From positions 1 to 64,000 of the forward strand of contig JAIVFI010000013.1 in the NCBI GenBank assembly GCA_025558095.1: a DNA stretch of 64,000 nt, read 5' to 3'. A program made the position numbers and the translations under genes. Within the stretch, counting starts at the first letter, position 1. Every line of letters begins with the position of its first letter. The notes under the pieces were generated by a model. It was not told where the DNA came from. It saw nothing but the letters and a program-made list of their open reading frames with translations, and ran no database searches. Source of the stretch: Hyaloraphidium curvatum SAG 235-1. Taxonomy: Eukaryota > Fungi > Monoblepharomycota. Positions 25,422-36,344 of this stretch are shown here, piece after piece.

Positions 25422-26835
25422 ATGGCTCCCTCCACCCCCGCCCTCTCGGAGCTCTCCATCGGCCCCGCCGACTACCCCTCCGAGGACGACGCCGAGATGT
25501 CGCACGCGTGGAAGGGCAAAGAGCGCGCGCGGATCGATTCCGCCGTGTGCATCGAGGAGGTGGACCGGTGGAGCCTCGGGGAGGGAGAGGGGGAGACGGA
25601 CCCCGCGAGGGCGTTCCCCGTCGAGGTACGCGCTCTCCGCTCCCCGATTTTCCCTCGGGGAAGACGCTAAAATGATGTTCCCGGGCAGGTGTTCCTGCAC
25701 GTGCTCTCGTTCCTGCCCACTCCGCGCGATCTCGCGCCGTGCTTCCGAGCATCGAGGGCGTGGAAGGCCGCGGCGGAGGACAACGGCCTGTGGACGCGGA
25801 TGACCGAGGCGCTGTGGTCGACCAAGGCGTACGTGCCGGACAGGTACCCCGTTGCGCCGCGGTGCTCGGCTGTGCGCCAGCTGATCACGTGAGTGCACCT
25901 CGCTCTGGGTACAGGTTCAGGCAGATCCTCTCGCGGGGCCGGGCCAAGGACGCCTACAGGCTCAGCGTCAGGGACAGCCGGCGCAACTGCATCACCAAGG
26001 AGGAGCTGTGCATGTTCGAGTGGCAGTGGCGGTTCAAGGAGGACGCGGTGCGTTCCTGCAGGATTCGGATGATCGCCCGGCACGCGGCTGATCAGGGTTG
26101 AACCTTCGTGAACGCACAGGGCGAGCACTTCACCGACGAGGACCCGTGGTGGAACGGCCTCCCGCCCCGCGTGCGCATCTTCAACCCCGACGGCTCCATG
26201 AGCGGCACGTTCGCCCGCCCCGACGTCAGCTGGCGCTTCGTCGTGGGTTCCCCCCTCTCGTTCCCACCCCGCACTTGCTTACCGCTCGCCTTACGGGCGA
26301 AGAACAACGCCGAAGGCCGCCGCGGCCGCCCCGGGCGCTTCGTCCGCGTGGGCCCCTACCCGGCCTCGGTGCTCTCGCGGCACTCCAACTGGGGATGGTA
26401 TATGCAATCCGCGTGGACCGTGGCTGCGGCGTTCCCGCTGCCCAAGAAGGTGAAAGCTTCGGGGCTCGAGGGCCGAGGGCGCGGGGCTGATCATTGGGTT
26501 TGCAGGGGACCGACCCCGAGCTGGAGGACAGGAACCTGGCCGTGACCACCGAGACCCAGCGGTTCGAGGTGCTGTGCTGTAAGCTGCCGTGTTCCTCCGC
26601 CCGTCGGTTGGGTTGCTCACTGCCCCGCGCGCCAGACAACTCGGGGCTCGACTACGGCGACGACGAGGTGATGGATCGCCGCGGGTTCGAGCGCGCCAGC
26701 GCGCGAGCGGGGTGGAACATCCGGCTGCTCAGGCGGAGCTGGATCGAGAGCGACTCGGAGGAGGAGGAGGAGGAGGACGACGAAGAGGAGGAGGACGGGG
26801 AATGGAGCGCGCACTCGGGCGAGGCGTCGCGGTGA
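25422..26835 (+). CDS. F-box protein with acidic tail (multi-exon)
   Basis: F-box AFPVE-VFLHVLSFLPTPRDLAPCFRASRAWKAAAEDNGLW; then WQWRFK, FNPDGS, GPYP, NWGW; poly-Glu/Asp tail. Confidence 0.8.
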
Positions 26836-26961
26836 GGGAGTTGGCTCGTGGGTACCGGACTATTGGGTGTTCTCGCAACGTTCTCGGTTCGACAACAGTT
26901 TTGGATTTCGCAAGGCATTTGCCTACTCTTCGGAGCACCAAGTCCAAAGTCCAAAGCCAGC

Positions 26962-27046
26962 GACGCGGACTCCAGCAGACATCCATCAGGCGCGCCCTTC
27001 CCTCTTGGATTCCGGGCGCCCTTCATCGTCCGCCTCCGTCCACGTC
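26962..27046 (-). promoter_or_regulatory. SECIS element (eukaryotic, type 2-like) in the selenoprotein 3' UTR
   Basis: Minus strand: GACGUGGAC..GGCGGAC-G-AUGAA-GGGCGCCC-GG-AA-UCC-AAGAG-GGA-A-GGGCGCGCC-UGAU-GGAU-GUCUGCU..GUCCGCGUC. It has the AUGA/GA core, two paired helices and an apical AA 11 nt after the core UGA. Confidence 0.88.
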
Positions 27047-27076
27047 CATCCTCCTTGCTCCACAAGGCCGGGCCGC

Positions 27077-27719
27077 CTAGCAGCCCTTGGCCAGGGCGCC
27101 CTCGACGGCCGACACGGCCTCCTCGTCCGAGGGGAACCTGTTCTTCCCCTCCTTCTCCTTCTCCATGCCCGACCAGACCACCGTGGCTGTTTCCCCAAGC
27201 CAACAAAACAAAGGCACCACGAACAGGGAGAGAATGAGCCCCGGTCGGTCCGCGCGCGACGCCGCGCTGCCGCCCACCGTTGCACGCCCCCCTCTCCAGC
27301 GACACCTCGAACGAGTGGAACCGCGGCCGCTCCCTGTTCACTGCGACGCGCGCGCCGGGCCAGCGGCGCACCACGGCGTCGCGGACCTTGTCGGCGGCGC
27401 GCGAGAAGGCGCCTCAGGAGTTGCTAAACAGGGGGTGCCATGGGGAATACGGAGAGGCGTTAAACGGGCGCCTAGAAGAGGGCGGCGGGGATTCGCACCA
27501 CCGCTCGATGTGCAGCGACCAGTCCGGCCCCGCGACCGCCTTCTCCGCGAGCGGCGCGGCGCCCTCCGAACCCGCGAGCGGCGCGGGCCCCCCGAACCGC
27601 GGCAGCAGATCCAGCCCGAGCCGCGGCGAAGCCACAAGAAACACAAGGAGCAGCAGCGGCAGCACCACCGCGAGCCGGACGCGCGGCATGGCGCTGCCGG
27701 GGGCAGGGGTCTTGTTCAT
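27077..27719 (-). CDS. SELENOH: Selenoprotein H-like (Rdx family) protein with CxxU; exons 27719-27499, 27423-27278, 27186-27077; Sec TGA 27416-27414
   Basis: Spliced: ..LHIERCNSUGAFSRAADKVRDAVVRRWPGARVAVNRERPRFHSFEVSLERGACNATVVWSGMEKEKEGKNRFPSDEEAVSAVEGALAKGC* (158 aa). Matches the SelH pattern IEHCxxU..VN..PR..SFEV..W(T/S)G..FP on both sides of the TGA; SECIS downstream. Confidence 0.88.
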
Positions 27720-27893
27720 CGGCCTTCGCGGGGAAGGCGAGGCGGTTTCGTCGTCGCACCCAGCGTCGCTCCCATCCCTGATCCCGCCCGTGGAAAACTG
27801 GCATAGCTAGAACGGTTTCTCTCTTCCAATGCGGTACAAGAAGCTCCTCCATCTCCGCACCCCGGTTCCCGCCCTGCCTCCCTCCCGCCGATG

Positions 27894-28946
27894 CTAAACC
27901 TCCATCCACACGACCCCGGGCAACGACCTCCACACCTTCCCCTCCTCCTCGGCTTTGGCCTCCCTCGCCCTCCACTTCGGCAGCACCACCCTGATCCTCC
28001 GCAGCCCGTACCCCGTGAGCTGACCCGCAAGCTCCCCCAACCTGTCCGCGGGCACACAGAGCGTCGGGTTGGCCATCTCCAGCTCCCTCAGCCTCGGCGG
28101 CGCGTCCCCGAGCCCCAGCAGATCCGCCGTCGGGCAGTCCCTCAATATGAGCCTCTCGAGGTGCTCGTGCCGCAGCGCGAGGCCCAGATCCACGTCGCGG
28201 ATCCGCTCCGAGCGCACCTCCAGGCTCTCAAGCCGCAGCCCCGGCAGCGAGACGATCTTGCTCAGCGCGTTGAACTGGTTCCCCGTCGCCGCGTGCCGCA
28301 GCTTGCCCGCCAGCGCGGGGTACTTCCTCAGGTCCTCGTGGTACTCGGATAGCAGCGCCCAGGACCGCAGCCCCGGCGCCTGCTCGAGCACGCGGAGGGT
28401 CGGTGGCGCGCGGGCGAAGCCGTCCAGGTACAGCGACACGTGCTCCACGCTCGGCGGGACCGAGTGCAGGCCCGAGGTGAAGAACTGCGCGGCGTCGGAC
28501 ATGAGGTCCATGTCGATCCGCTTCAGGGAGTCGGAGGAGCGCGAGGCGGCGGCGAGCGCGTTCCAGACCAGGGCGGTGGAGGCGTAGGACGACGAGAAAA
28601 ACTCGAGGTGGCGGACGTGCGGCATCACACCTGCGAGGAAAGCACTGGTCGCGTCCTCGGGGTGCCCCAGATACGTGAGCGCGAGCCTCCTGATGTGCTT
28701 CGAAAAGGCGGCCATCCGGGGGTCGGCGACCATCTTGCCGGGGTCCGCGAAGCTGTTGAGCTCAAAGTGGCGGTACAGCTCCGGCGCGCCGAGGTCGAAG
28801 CAGCGGCGGCTGGCGGTCATGAGCGCGACCAGGGTGCGGCGGTCCCACGCGGCGGCGAGGGTCGCCATGACGTGCAGCAGCAGCTCGTACGGCAGCACCG
28901 GGCCGTCGGTCGCGGTGTCCGCGTCGTCGATAATAGTGTCGCTCAT
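27894..28946 (-). CDS. F-box/LRR-like protein, intronless
   Basis: LPYELLLHVM..LMTASRRCFDLG followed by LxxLxL repeats; paralog of 46181-47334. Confidence 0.75.
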   Translation of the reverse strand: MSDTIIDDADTATDGPVLPYELLLHVMATLAAAWDRRTLVALMTASRRCFDLGAPELYRHFELNSFADPGKMVADPRMAAFSKHIRRLALTYLGHPEDATSAFLAGVMPHVRHLEFFSSSYASTALVWNALAAASRSSDSLKRIDMDLMSDAAQFFTSGLHSVPPSVEHVSLYLDGFARAPPTLRVLEQAPGLRSWALLSEYHEDLRKYPALAGKLRHAATGNQFNALSKIVSLPGLRLESLEVRSERIRDVDLGLALRHEHLERLILRDCPTADLLGLGDAPPRLRELEMANPTLCVPADRLGELAGQLTGYGLRRIRVVLPKWRAREAKAEEEGKVWRSLPGVVWMEV

Positions 28947-29055
28947 TTTAAAACGCGATTTTGTGCCGCGTAACTCGGGGCAAGGCGACCAGGGGCTAAA
29001 GGCAACGGCGTCCAAGGGAACGGCTGCAGAGCAACAACCAAATCTCCAATCCCAA

Positions 29056-30675
29056 ATGGCCCGCGAGCAGCGCCCCTCTGCCCGCCGCAGGCCCCTCCGG
29101 GCGTCCAAGGCGCCCACGATGCGCTGGAAAACCGAGCCGGGCGGACACCCCCACGGCGTGCGGCCCTACGGCAGCCTGCTCCTCTCTTCCAACGCAAAGG
29201 ACGCCCGCGGCCCCGGCCTCGGGACGATGACCGTGCTGCCCGACGAGTTGCTCATGGATACGCTGCTGCCCAACCTGCCGCTGTGGGCGCTGGGCAGGCT
29301 GGCGCAGTGCAGCGGGTTCCTGTACGTGCTCGTGTACCACGACGAATCGTGGCGCCTGCGCCTCCGGGAGGATTTCGGCCCCGCCGCGACGTGGACCTGG
29401 ACAGCGGGCACGTGGAGGCAGACGTACCGCGACGAGCACCTCCGGCGAAAGGGTTTGCACCCCGGTGCCACGGAGGCGCCGATCCGCGTCGGGGGCGTGT
29501 TTTCGGACGACCTGTTCCGGCCGCACTACCTCTCCAAGCTGGTCCTGGGGCAGTTTGTCGGGCCGGGAAACATTCCTCGGCGCTCGGCAAAGGAGATGAC
29601 GGTCTCGCAGTTCGTCGACGAGTTTGCTCGGCCGGGAAGACCCGTGATCATCACCGACCTCGTCGACCAGTGGCCGTGCCGCACAAAATGGACCAAGGAA
29701 TGGCTTCTGGAGCAATTCGGCGGCGACATGATGCGCGCCGAGGCGTTCGACCTCCCGCTCGCCACCTACCTGGACTACAGCGCCCGCTTGCCCCCCTCGT
29801 CCGACAGCCCGCTGTACCTCTTCTCGGCCGCCTTCCCTCCCTCGCTCAAGGAGGACTTTTCCCACCCGCCTTACTTCTCCCCCGACCTCTTGGACCTCCT
29901 CCCCCCCGCCGTCCGCCCGCTCAACACCTGGCTCGTCGTCGGCCCCCGCCGCTCCGCCTCGACCTTCCACGTGGACCCCAACGGCACCTCGGCGTTCAAC
30001 GCGCTCGTCCGGGGCCGCAAAGCGTGGTGGTTCTTCCCGCCGGACCGCGCGCCGCCGGGGGTGTACAAGAGCGAGGACGGGGGCGAGGTGACGGCGCCGA
30101 GGACGCTGCTGGAATGGCTGACCGACTTCCTGGAGGGCGCCCGGGCGGATCCGGGGTCGGGGATGGCGGAAGGCGTGTGCGAGGAGGGGGAGTGCGTGTA
30201 CGTTCCCGGGGGGTGGTGGCACGCCGTGCTGAACCTCGAGGACAGCGTCGCGCTGACGCGCAACTTCTGCGCCCCGCCGGACCTGTTCGGCGTCCTGGAG
30301 TTCTTCAGGTCGAGGCACGCTCACGTGTCCGGTGTGGCGGCGCTGGACGAGGAGGACTCGACGGGGGAGATGACGCGGGGTAACAACGTGTACGGGGGTT
30401 GCACAGTGAGCTCCAAGGTGGACATGTACGAGGAGTTTGGGCGGGTGCTGCGGGAGAAGGAGCCGGAGCTGTGGAGGGCGTGGGAGGAGCACGAGCGCGC
30501 CAGGGAGGCGGGGAAGGGGGAGAAGAGGAAGGCGGCGGAGGGGCTGTGGAGGTCGCTGGGCAAGGTGGCCAGGGCCGAGGAAGGCAACGGGGTGCAGGAC
30601 ACGGCGGCGGGTGCGTTGACGGGCGGGTTCTCTTTTGGGTTCGTGGCCGACGGCGACGAAGGGGAGGAGCAATAG
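29056..30675 (+). CDS. F-box + JmjC domain protein (JMJD6-like)
   Basis: LPDELLMDTLL F-box; RPVIITD, PLYLF, STFHVDPNGTSAFN (HxD), GRKAW, VPGGWWHAVLNL. Confidence 0.92.
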   Translation: MAREQRPSARRRPLRASKAPTMRWKTEPGGHPHGVRPYGSLLLSSNAKDARGPGLGTMTVLPDELLMDTLLPNLPLWALGRLAQCSGFLYVLVYHDESWRLRLREDFGPAATWTWTAGTWRQTYRDEHLRRKGLHPGATEAPIRVGGVFSDDLFRPHYLSKLVLGQFVGPGNIPRRSAKEMTVSQFVDEFARPGRPVIITDLVDQWPCRTKWTKEWLLEQFGGDMMRAEAFDLPLATYLDYSARLPPSSDSPLYLFSAAFPPSLKEDFSHPPYFSPDLLDLLPPAVRPLNTWLVVGPRRSASTFHVDPNGTSAFNALVRGRKAWWFFPPDRAPPGVYKSEDGGEVTAPRTLLEWLTDFLEGARADPGSGMAEGVCEEGECVYVPGGWWHAVLNLEDSVALTRNFCAPPDLFGVLEFFRSRHAHVSGVAALDEEDSTGEMTRGNNVYGGCTVSSKVDMYEEFGRVLREKEPELWRAWEEHERAREAGKGEKRKAAEGLWRSLGKVARAEEGNGVQDTAAGALTGGFSFGFVADGDEGEEQ

Positions 30676-30681
30676 ACGCTG

Positions 30682-31813
30682 CTATTGCGCGTACATGGGC
30701 CCCGCCAGCTCGCTCTCTTTGTGGAGCCGCGCCGTGACGGCGAGATACTCGGGTTCGTTCTCCGGCGTGACTTGTCCGGGGCGTGAGGAGCGCCGGAACG
30801 GCGTGCCGGTGCCACTCACTGAATCCGTGTCGGATGAGGAAGTCGACGGCGATGATGGCGCAGTTAGGCTTGAATCTGCCTGCCCTGACGTCCGAGAGCA
30901 CCTTCACGCGACGGGATCAGACGCGGGAGGCCAAGGCAATGCTGGCCGGACCCACCTCCGGCACCGTGCAGAGCCTGAACCCCGCCACCTCCCCGTCCTG
31001 CGGCACCGGCAGGAAATCCGGCGGCAGCTCCAGGTCGTACACGAACTGCGCCTCGGGCCCGATCCCGTTGTGCCGCGACAGCGTGTTGTACGTCACCGCG
31101 CCCACCGGCCGCGCCTTTTCCGCCAGCCACGCCGGGATTCCGGCTTCTTCCTCGCACTCCCGCACCATGCACTCGCCGGGGGTCTGGTCGTACGGGATGC
31201 CGCCGGCGACGGTGTTGTCCAGCATCCCCGGGAACGTCTGCTTGGTCGGCGAGCGCTGCGCGACCCAGATCCTCATCTCGGATTCCCGCACGAAGCACGT
31301 CAGGTGCGCGCCAAAGGTCCGTATGCCGAACAGCTCCGCTCCCGACCGCTCGATGGTCATCACCATGTTGCGCGCGAGCTTCCTCGCCCCCGACGCGGGC
31401 GCGATCCCGTCCGACTCGAGCCCGTCGTGGTACGCCACGCTCGGGTCCCCGTAGACGGGGTACCGCTCCTCCCTCCACCCGCGGAGGCACGGGAACGCGT
31501 CCGTTGCGCGCCAGTGCCGCAGCAGCGCGTCCATCGCTTTCGTCCTCCTGAGGAAGCCCATGGTGCCCTCGGGGTCGAGCTCCACGGCTTCCATGTAAGG
31601 CGACGAGGAGGGGTCGTCGGGAATGGCGTAGATGAAGCTGAACTCGGTCTCCTCGGACGACTCGGCCAGCTCCATGAGCGCGGGCACGACAAAGTCCGGC
31701 ACGAAGCCGACGTGGCACCCGGCCACGTGGAACGGGAACGCGGTCCGCTTTTGGACGGCATCGGCGGGGTCGAACGAGTCGCAGGCCGCGACGAGCTCGA
31801 GCAGGGTCGGCAT
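30682..31813 (-). CDS. Nudix hydrolase (YJR142W/NUDT19-20-like), 2 introns near 3' end
   Basis: GWREERYPV, IERSGAELFG, WVAQRSPTKQTFPGMLDNTVAGG, RECEEEAG, YDLELP..PQDGEV, FKPNC. Confidence 0.92.
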
Positions 31814-32616
31814 CTTGCGGGTAGCGTCGGTTTGTTTACGTGGGCCGTGGCGGTGCACGCTGGGCGACCCCTTCCGTGGTGTCTGCGGGGCTCAAACTCG
31901 CCTCGGACGGAATGAGATACCATTGTGGAAGGTGCCGAAGTCACCTTCGACGGCTTTCGCTTTCCTGGTTGGTTGCGGACTAGCAGATCCGTGACGTTGA
32001 GTAGGCGCGAGGTCAGAAGCCAAGCTCTATCGGCTCTTTCGCACGAAAGGGTGATCCGGGCTGATAGATGGCATCACTCAATCACACAGAATGTCTCTGG
32101 AAGGCACAAGGGGCTCTCTTGCTGTGTCCGAGTGAACCGCTCCGTGGGGACTTGGGCGCCCTTCGGGCGCTGGCTGTGCTGGAATTGGAAGGCGCCCGCG
32201 GCCACGGCCGACCGCCAAACCGGCCGATGACAGGGCCGATGGAGTCTGCCGGTGGTGGCCATCGAGCGGCCGGGCCTCGGATGGCGCAGACGAGGCGCAT
32301 CGGGGCAAGAACCAGGGGACCGGCTAATCGGGCGCACAACCGCTCCCCAGCCCGCTGACGTCGAGAGTTCCGGATCACACAGCTCCCTGGCCCGTGCGGG
32401 GCAGATCGGGGCCGCAAACTCGACCCCAGGCCGTGAGCCTGATGTCCAGGGCCATTTGCGATTGCTTTGTGGTCCCCGCCGGCAACTGGTCGACGCTGCG
32501 GATAGTGCGGTTAGGCGGTCCAGGCTCGCGGCGCAGGTGGGTGCGTAAGCGATCCCTAGAAAACCGGCCCTGTCCCTTCGCCGCGGGAACTTTCAACCAA
32601 CTTCACTCCGTCCGCG

Positions 32617-34231
32617 ATGGGCAACGGGCCGTCGAAGAAGGCGGCCGGATCGGCGCCCGCGCGCACGGTCGAGCACGCGGCGGGGCTCGCCCTCGCGCAC
32701 GGCCGCCACCGGCGCGCGCAGTACCGCGCGGTGTCGCTGCTGGGCGCGGGCGCGCAGGCGACGGTGCGGCTGGCGACCCGCGGCGACGGCGCGCTGTACG
32801 CGCTCAAGACGTACTACAAGGAAGACGGCGGCGCGAGCAGCCGCGGGGCGGCGAACGAGCTCGCCGTGCGCAACAAGCTGAAGGCGCTCGGGCACGCAAA
32901 CCACCCGCACATCGTGCACCTCGTCGAGGTCCGCGGCAATTCCGTGTTATTTTATTCCGTTGGCTCACGGCTATGCCCTCCCCCAGAACTTTGTGGCCGA
33001 GGACCGGACGTACTTTGTGTTCGAATATGCCCCGGGCACGGTGGGTCCCCCTCCGTTCCTGCGCCCGTTGTCGACCCGAGCTCACCGGCCATCGCCTTTG
33101 CAGGACCTTGCGCAGTGCCTGCAGGCCCGCGGCGGCGTGCTGCCCGAGTGGGAGGCCCGCCGCATCATCGCGAGCGTGCTCGGCACGCTCTCCTTCCTGC
33201 ACTCTGTCGGCATCGTCCACCGCGACGTCAAGCCGGCAAACATCCTCGTGCGCGACCCCGCCCGCCTTGCAGAGACGCTGTGCCTCACGGACTTTGGCGG
33301 CGCCCACGTGTCGGACTCGCCGAATCCGGCAAACATCACCTCGGGCCTGCCCTCCTTCGCCACCTCGCGCTCCCTGGCCAAGGCCATGCAGTCGTGCGCG
33401 GGGACGCCGCTGTACCTGCCTCCCGAGATCGTGCTCGGCCTCGCGTACGACCACAAGGTCGACTCGTGGGCTACGGGCTGCGTGTTGTGGAACCTCCTTT
33501 TTGGCGCCTCCCCCTTTGAGCACGGCCTGGCCTCCTTCGACGAGCTCTACGCCCGCATCATGAAGGCCTCGCTCGACTTTCCCGACGGCGGCGCCTCGGA
33601 GTCGTGCCGCTCCTTCCTCCGCGCGCTGCTCGACCCGGACCCGTCGCGACGCCCCTCGTGCGCCGAGGCCCTGGACCACTCCTGGCTGCACGAGCCCGAG
33701 CCGTGGGCCACCCCGCCGCCGACCCCCGTGGCGGCGCCGATGGACTTCCGCGCCGCGCTCTCCCTCCTCGATGCCGCGCAGCTGGACGCCATGAACGCCA
33801 CCCTCGTCGGCGGCGCGTGGGACGGCAACCTGCGCCGGACCGACTCGGGGTACCAGAGCAACGGCAGCCAGGGCAGCCCCGTGCAGGGCGATACGCCCTA
33901 CGCCGCGGCCGGACACAGGAACTCGCTGCACTCGGTGAACTCGCACGGCGAGGGGGGGCAGACGCAGTACCAGCAATCCTACACGCAGGGGATGGCCTAC
34001 CCGCAGCAGGACTTTTCGCAGCAGCAGCAGCCGTGGTACCCCCAGCCGGAATCCCTGCCGCGGATGCAGTATCCGCAGGACCAGTTGTACGCCGGCGCGT
34101 ACCAGCAGCAGCAGGTCGCGGAGCACTACGGGTACCAGCAGCAGCACCCGGACCACATGTACGCCCCGGCGGGGGCCTGGTTCTCGCCGCCGAGGATGCC
34201 GCTGCAGGGGGGGGCGTATGCCGCCAGCTGA
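32617..34231 (+). CDS. CAMK-like Ser/Thr kinase, copy 5, with MG N-terminus and Q/Y/P-rich tail
   Basis: MGNGPSKK, LGAGAQATV, YALK, HRDVKPAN, DFG, GTPLYLPPE, RTDSGYQS. Confidence 0.9.
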
Positions 34232-34383
34232 GTTGTACGCTAGGCCGGGCAGAAAGAGAGTGATTGGACCATTTCGAGTGCGTGCGTCCGTTGTCTATTC
34301 CTCATGCGCCAGTCCCCGTGCAGAAGCGATCCTTCCACGACGCAACGAAGCCTACGAATCACGGGGCGGTCCGTTCGGCAGCT

Positions 34384-36344
34384 TCACCCGCACCGGGCGC
34401 ATCCGCGAACCTCGCGCGCAACGTCCCCGCCAGAAACTGCCTCGGTCCCCGCCGGGATCGGCCCTTCCGACGGCAGCTTCACCTTGACATCTGCCCCCGC
34501 CCCGTCCTCCACCTCGTCCGCATGCTCCGGCCCCATCGCCGCAGCAGCAGCGACGAGCCTGGATTCCTGCCACCTCAACGTGAGCGGGATCGCTGCACGG
34601 AACACCAATCAGCTTCCCCGAGCCACGTCGCGTCACCGCAACGGCACCCACAGCAAAGGAACCCGATGCTCGCCGCAAACATCCCGAAGCACGTCCACAG
34701 CCCCGGCGCATAGTTGGGCGCGTCGCTGTTGGGGAACAGGAACGGCCCCACCACGGTCCCCGCGGCGTGGAACGTGAGCTGCATCCCCAGGTTCACGGCG
34801 CTCCTGCCCGTCCCGCGGCCCGTGTCGATCCGGTAGGCCATGAGGATGGGGAAGGCAGGGGTGGCGAGGGTGACGACGAACATGAGGAAGAGGCGGACGC
34901 CGGCGGGCATCAGGCCGGGGTTCGAGGCGGCGATGCCGAGGGGGAGGAGGCCGCAGAGGGCTGCGGGCGGGGGGCGGCGGTGAGCACTGGAGCAGGAAAT
35001 GGGCAAGGGTACGCACATCCGGCGGCAATGAGGGCGAAGGAGTGCCAGAACCGCTCGCGCACGTAGTCGGAGTGCCAGGGGAAGAAAAAGGAGGTGATGA
35101 CGACGAAGCCGTTGACGGCGGCGGCGAGGCCGTTGGCCTGCACCGAGGTGGTGAAGCCGATGCCGTAGAGGATGGAGGGGAGCAAGGCGGAGGCGCCGGC
35201 GATAGGGATGACCCCCGTCATCCTGGGCACCGGGTCAGGGAATGGAGAACAAGATGACGACCTGGCGACACTCACATGCACAGCGAAAACTCCCATAAAA
35301 CGGGATCCTTGAGCTCGGATTTGACCTCGGCCCAGGTGATCTTGTGCGATTCCTTCGGGGCGTTGACGGGCAGCCGCTTCGTCGCGACGTACTTTTCCTC
35401 GTCGTTCAGGAACTTGGCCGAGTCCGGGAAGGGAGGAAGGAAGAAGAACACGTAGCCGCCAAACAAGATTGCGGGGATGCCCTCGAGGATAAAGAGCCTG
35501 CGCAAGTAAGATCTCAGCACCCAAGAATCCGGGTCCGAAAGATGGCACCCACCATTGCCAGGAGAGCAAACCGCCCACGCCGTTCATGTACTGCACCCCC
35601 ATCGCCACGAACCCGCCTACCATGCCTGCCGCCGCCGATCCGGCGTACATGGCCCCCAGGCGGACGCCCCGCTCCCTCGTGGTGAACCAGAACGCGAGGT
35701 AGTACGGCGCCCCGGGCATGAGACCTGCCTCTGCAACGCCGAGGAAGAATCGGCACGCGAGGGCGCCGGCAAAGTTGGTCACGGCGGCCTGGCACATGAC
35801 AATGATGCCCCCTGTTGGGAGGCGGAAGCTCAGCCGGCGCTCCGGGAGGCAACCGAGCGAAGATCCCACAGGTGACCATGATCCGCGCGAACCAGACGGG
35901 AGGGCTCAGGTATTTGAGGATGAAGTTGGTCCAAGGTTCCGTGATAAAGAGACCGATTCCATAGATAGCCTGGAGGCAGTCCGCGGTTCAGCACCCGCGC
36001 CATGATCCAGCAGCAGGTCGGCGACCAACGATAATCAAGTTATAGTCCTGTCTCCCTGTCAGGCCCCAGCGGGCCTCGATGGAGTCTGGCGTGCCCGCGT
36101 TGAGCACGCGCGCGTTTCCCATGTTATTGCGATCGAGATAGGCGATGAACATCATGAGGAAGACGGGGAGGACCTGCGACGACCAAGGTCATTCAAATGC
36201 AGCACGCCACGTTCTCTCTTTCTTGGAACCCACGATACGGAGGTTGAGCTTCCTGACGAGCCGACGCTCGAAGTCCCGGTCCCAATCTCTTTCCCCGTCG
36301 TCCGTGCCGCCCATCTCGGCCGTGCGGACCGCGCTACAACCCAT
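34384..36344 (-). CDS. MFS transporter, Dal5/Tna1 (anion:cation symporter) family, multi-exon
   Basis: ERRLVRKLNLRI, YLDRNNMGNA, RFFLGVAEAG, WQWLFILEGIP, DAPNYAPG. Confidence 0.9.

Noticed and set aside
27414-27719. 101-aa ORF ending at TGA, and ORF 26652-27374, as stand-alone genes
   Set aside because: Both are pieces of the spliced selenoprotein; family similarity continues across the TGA.
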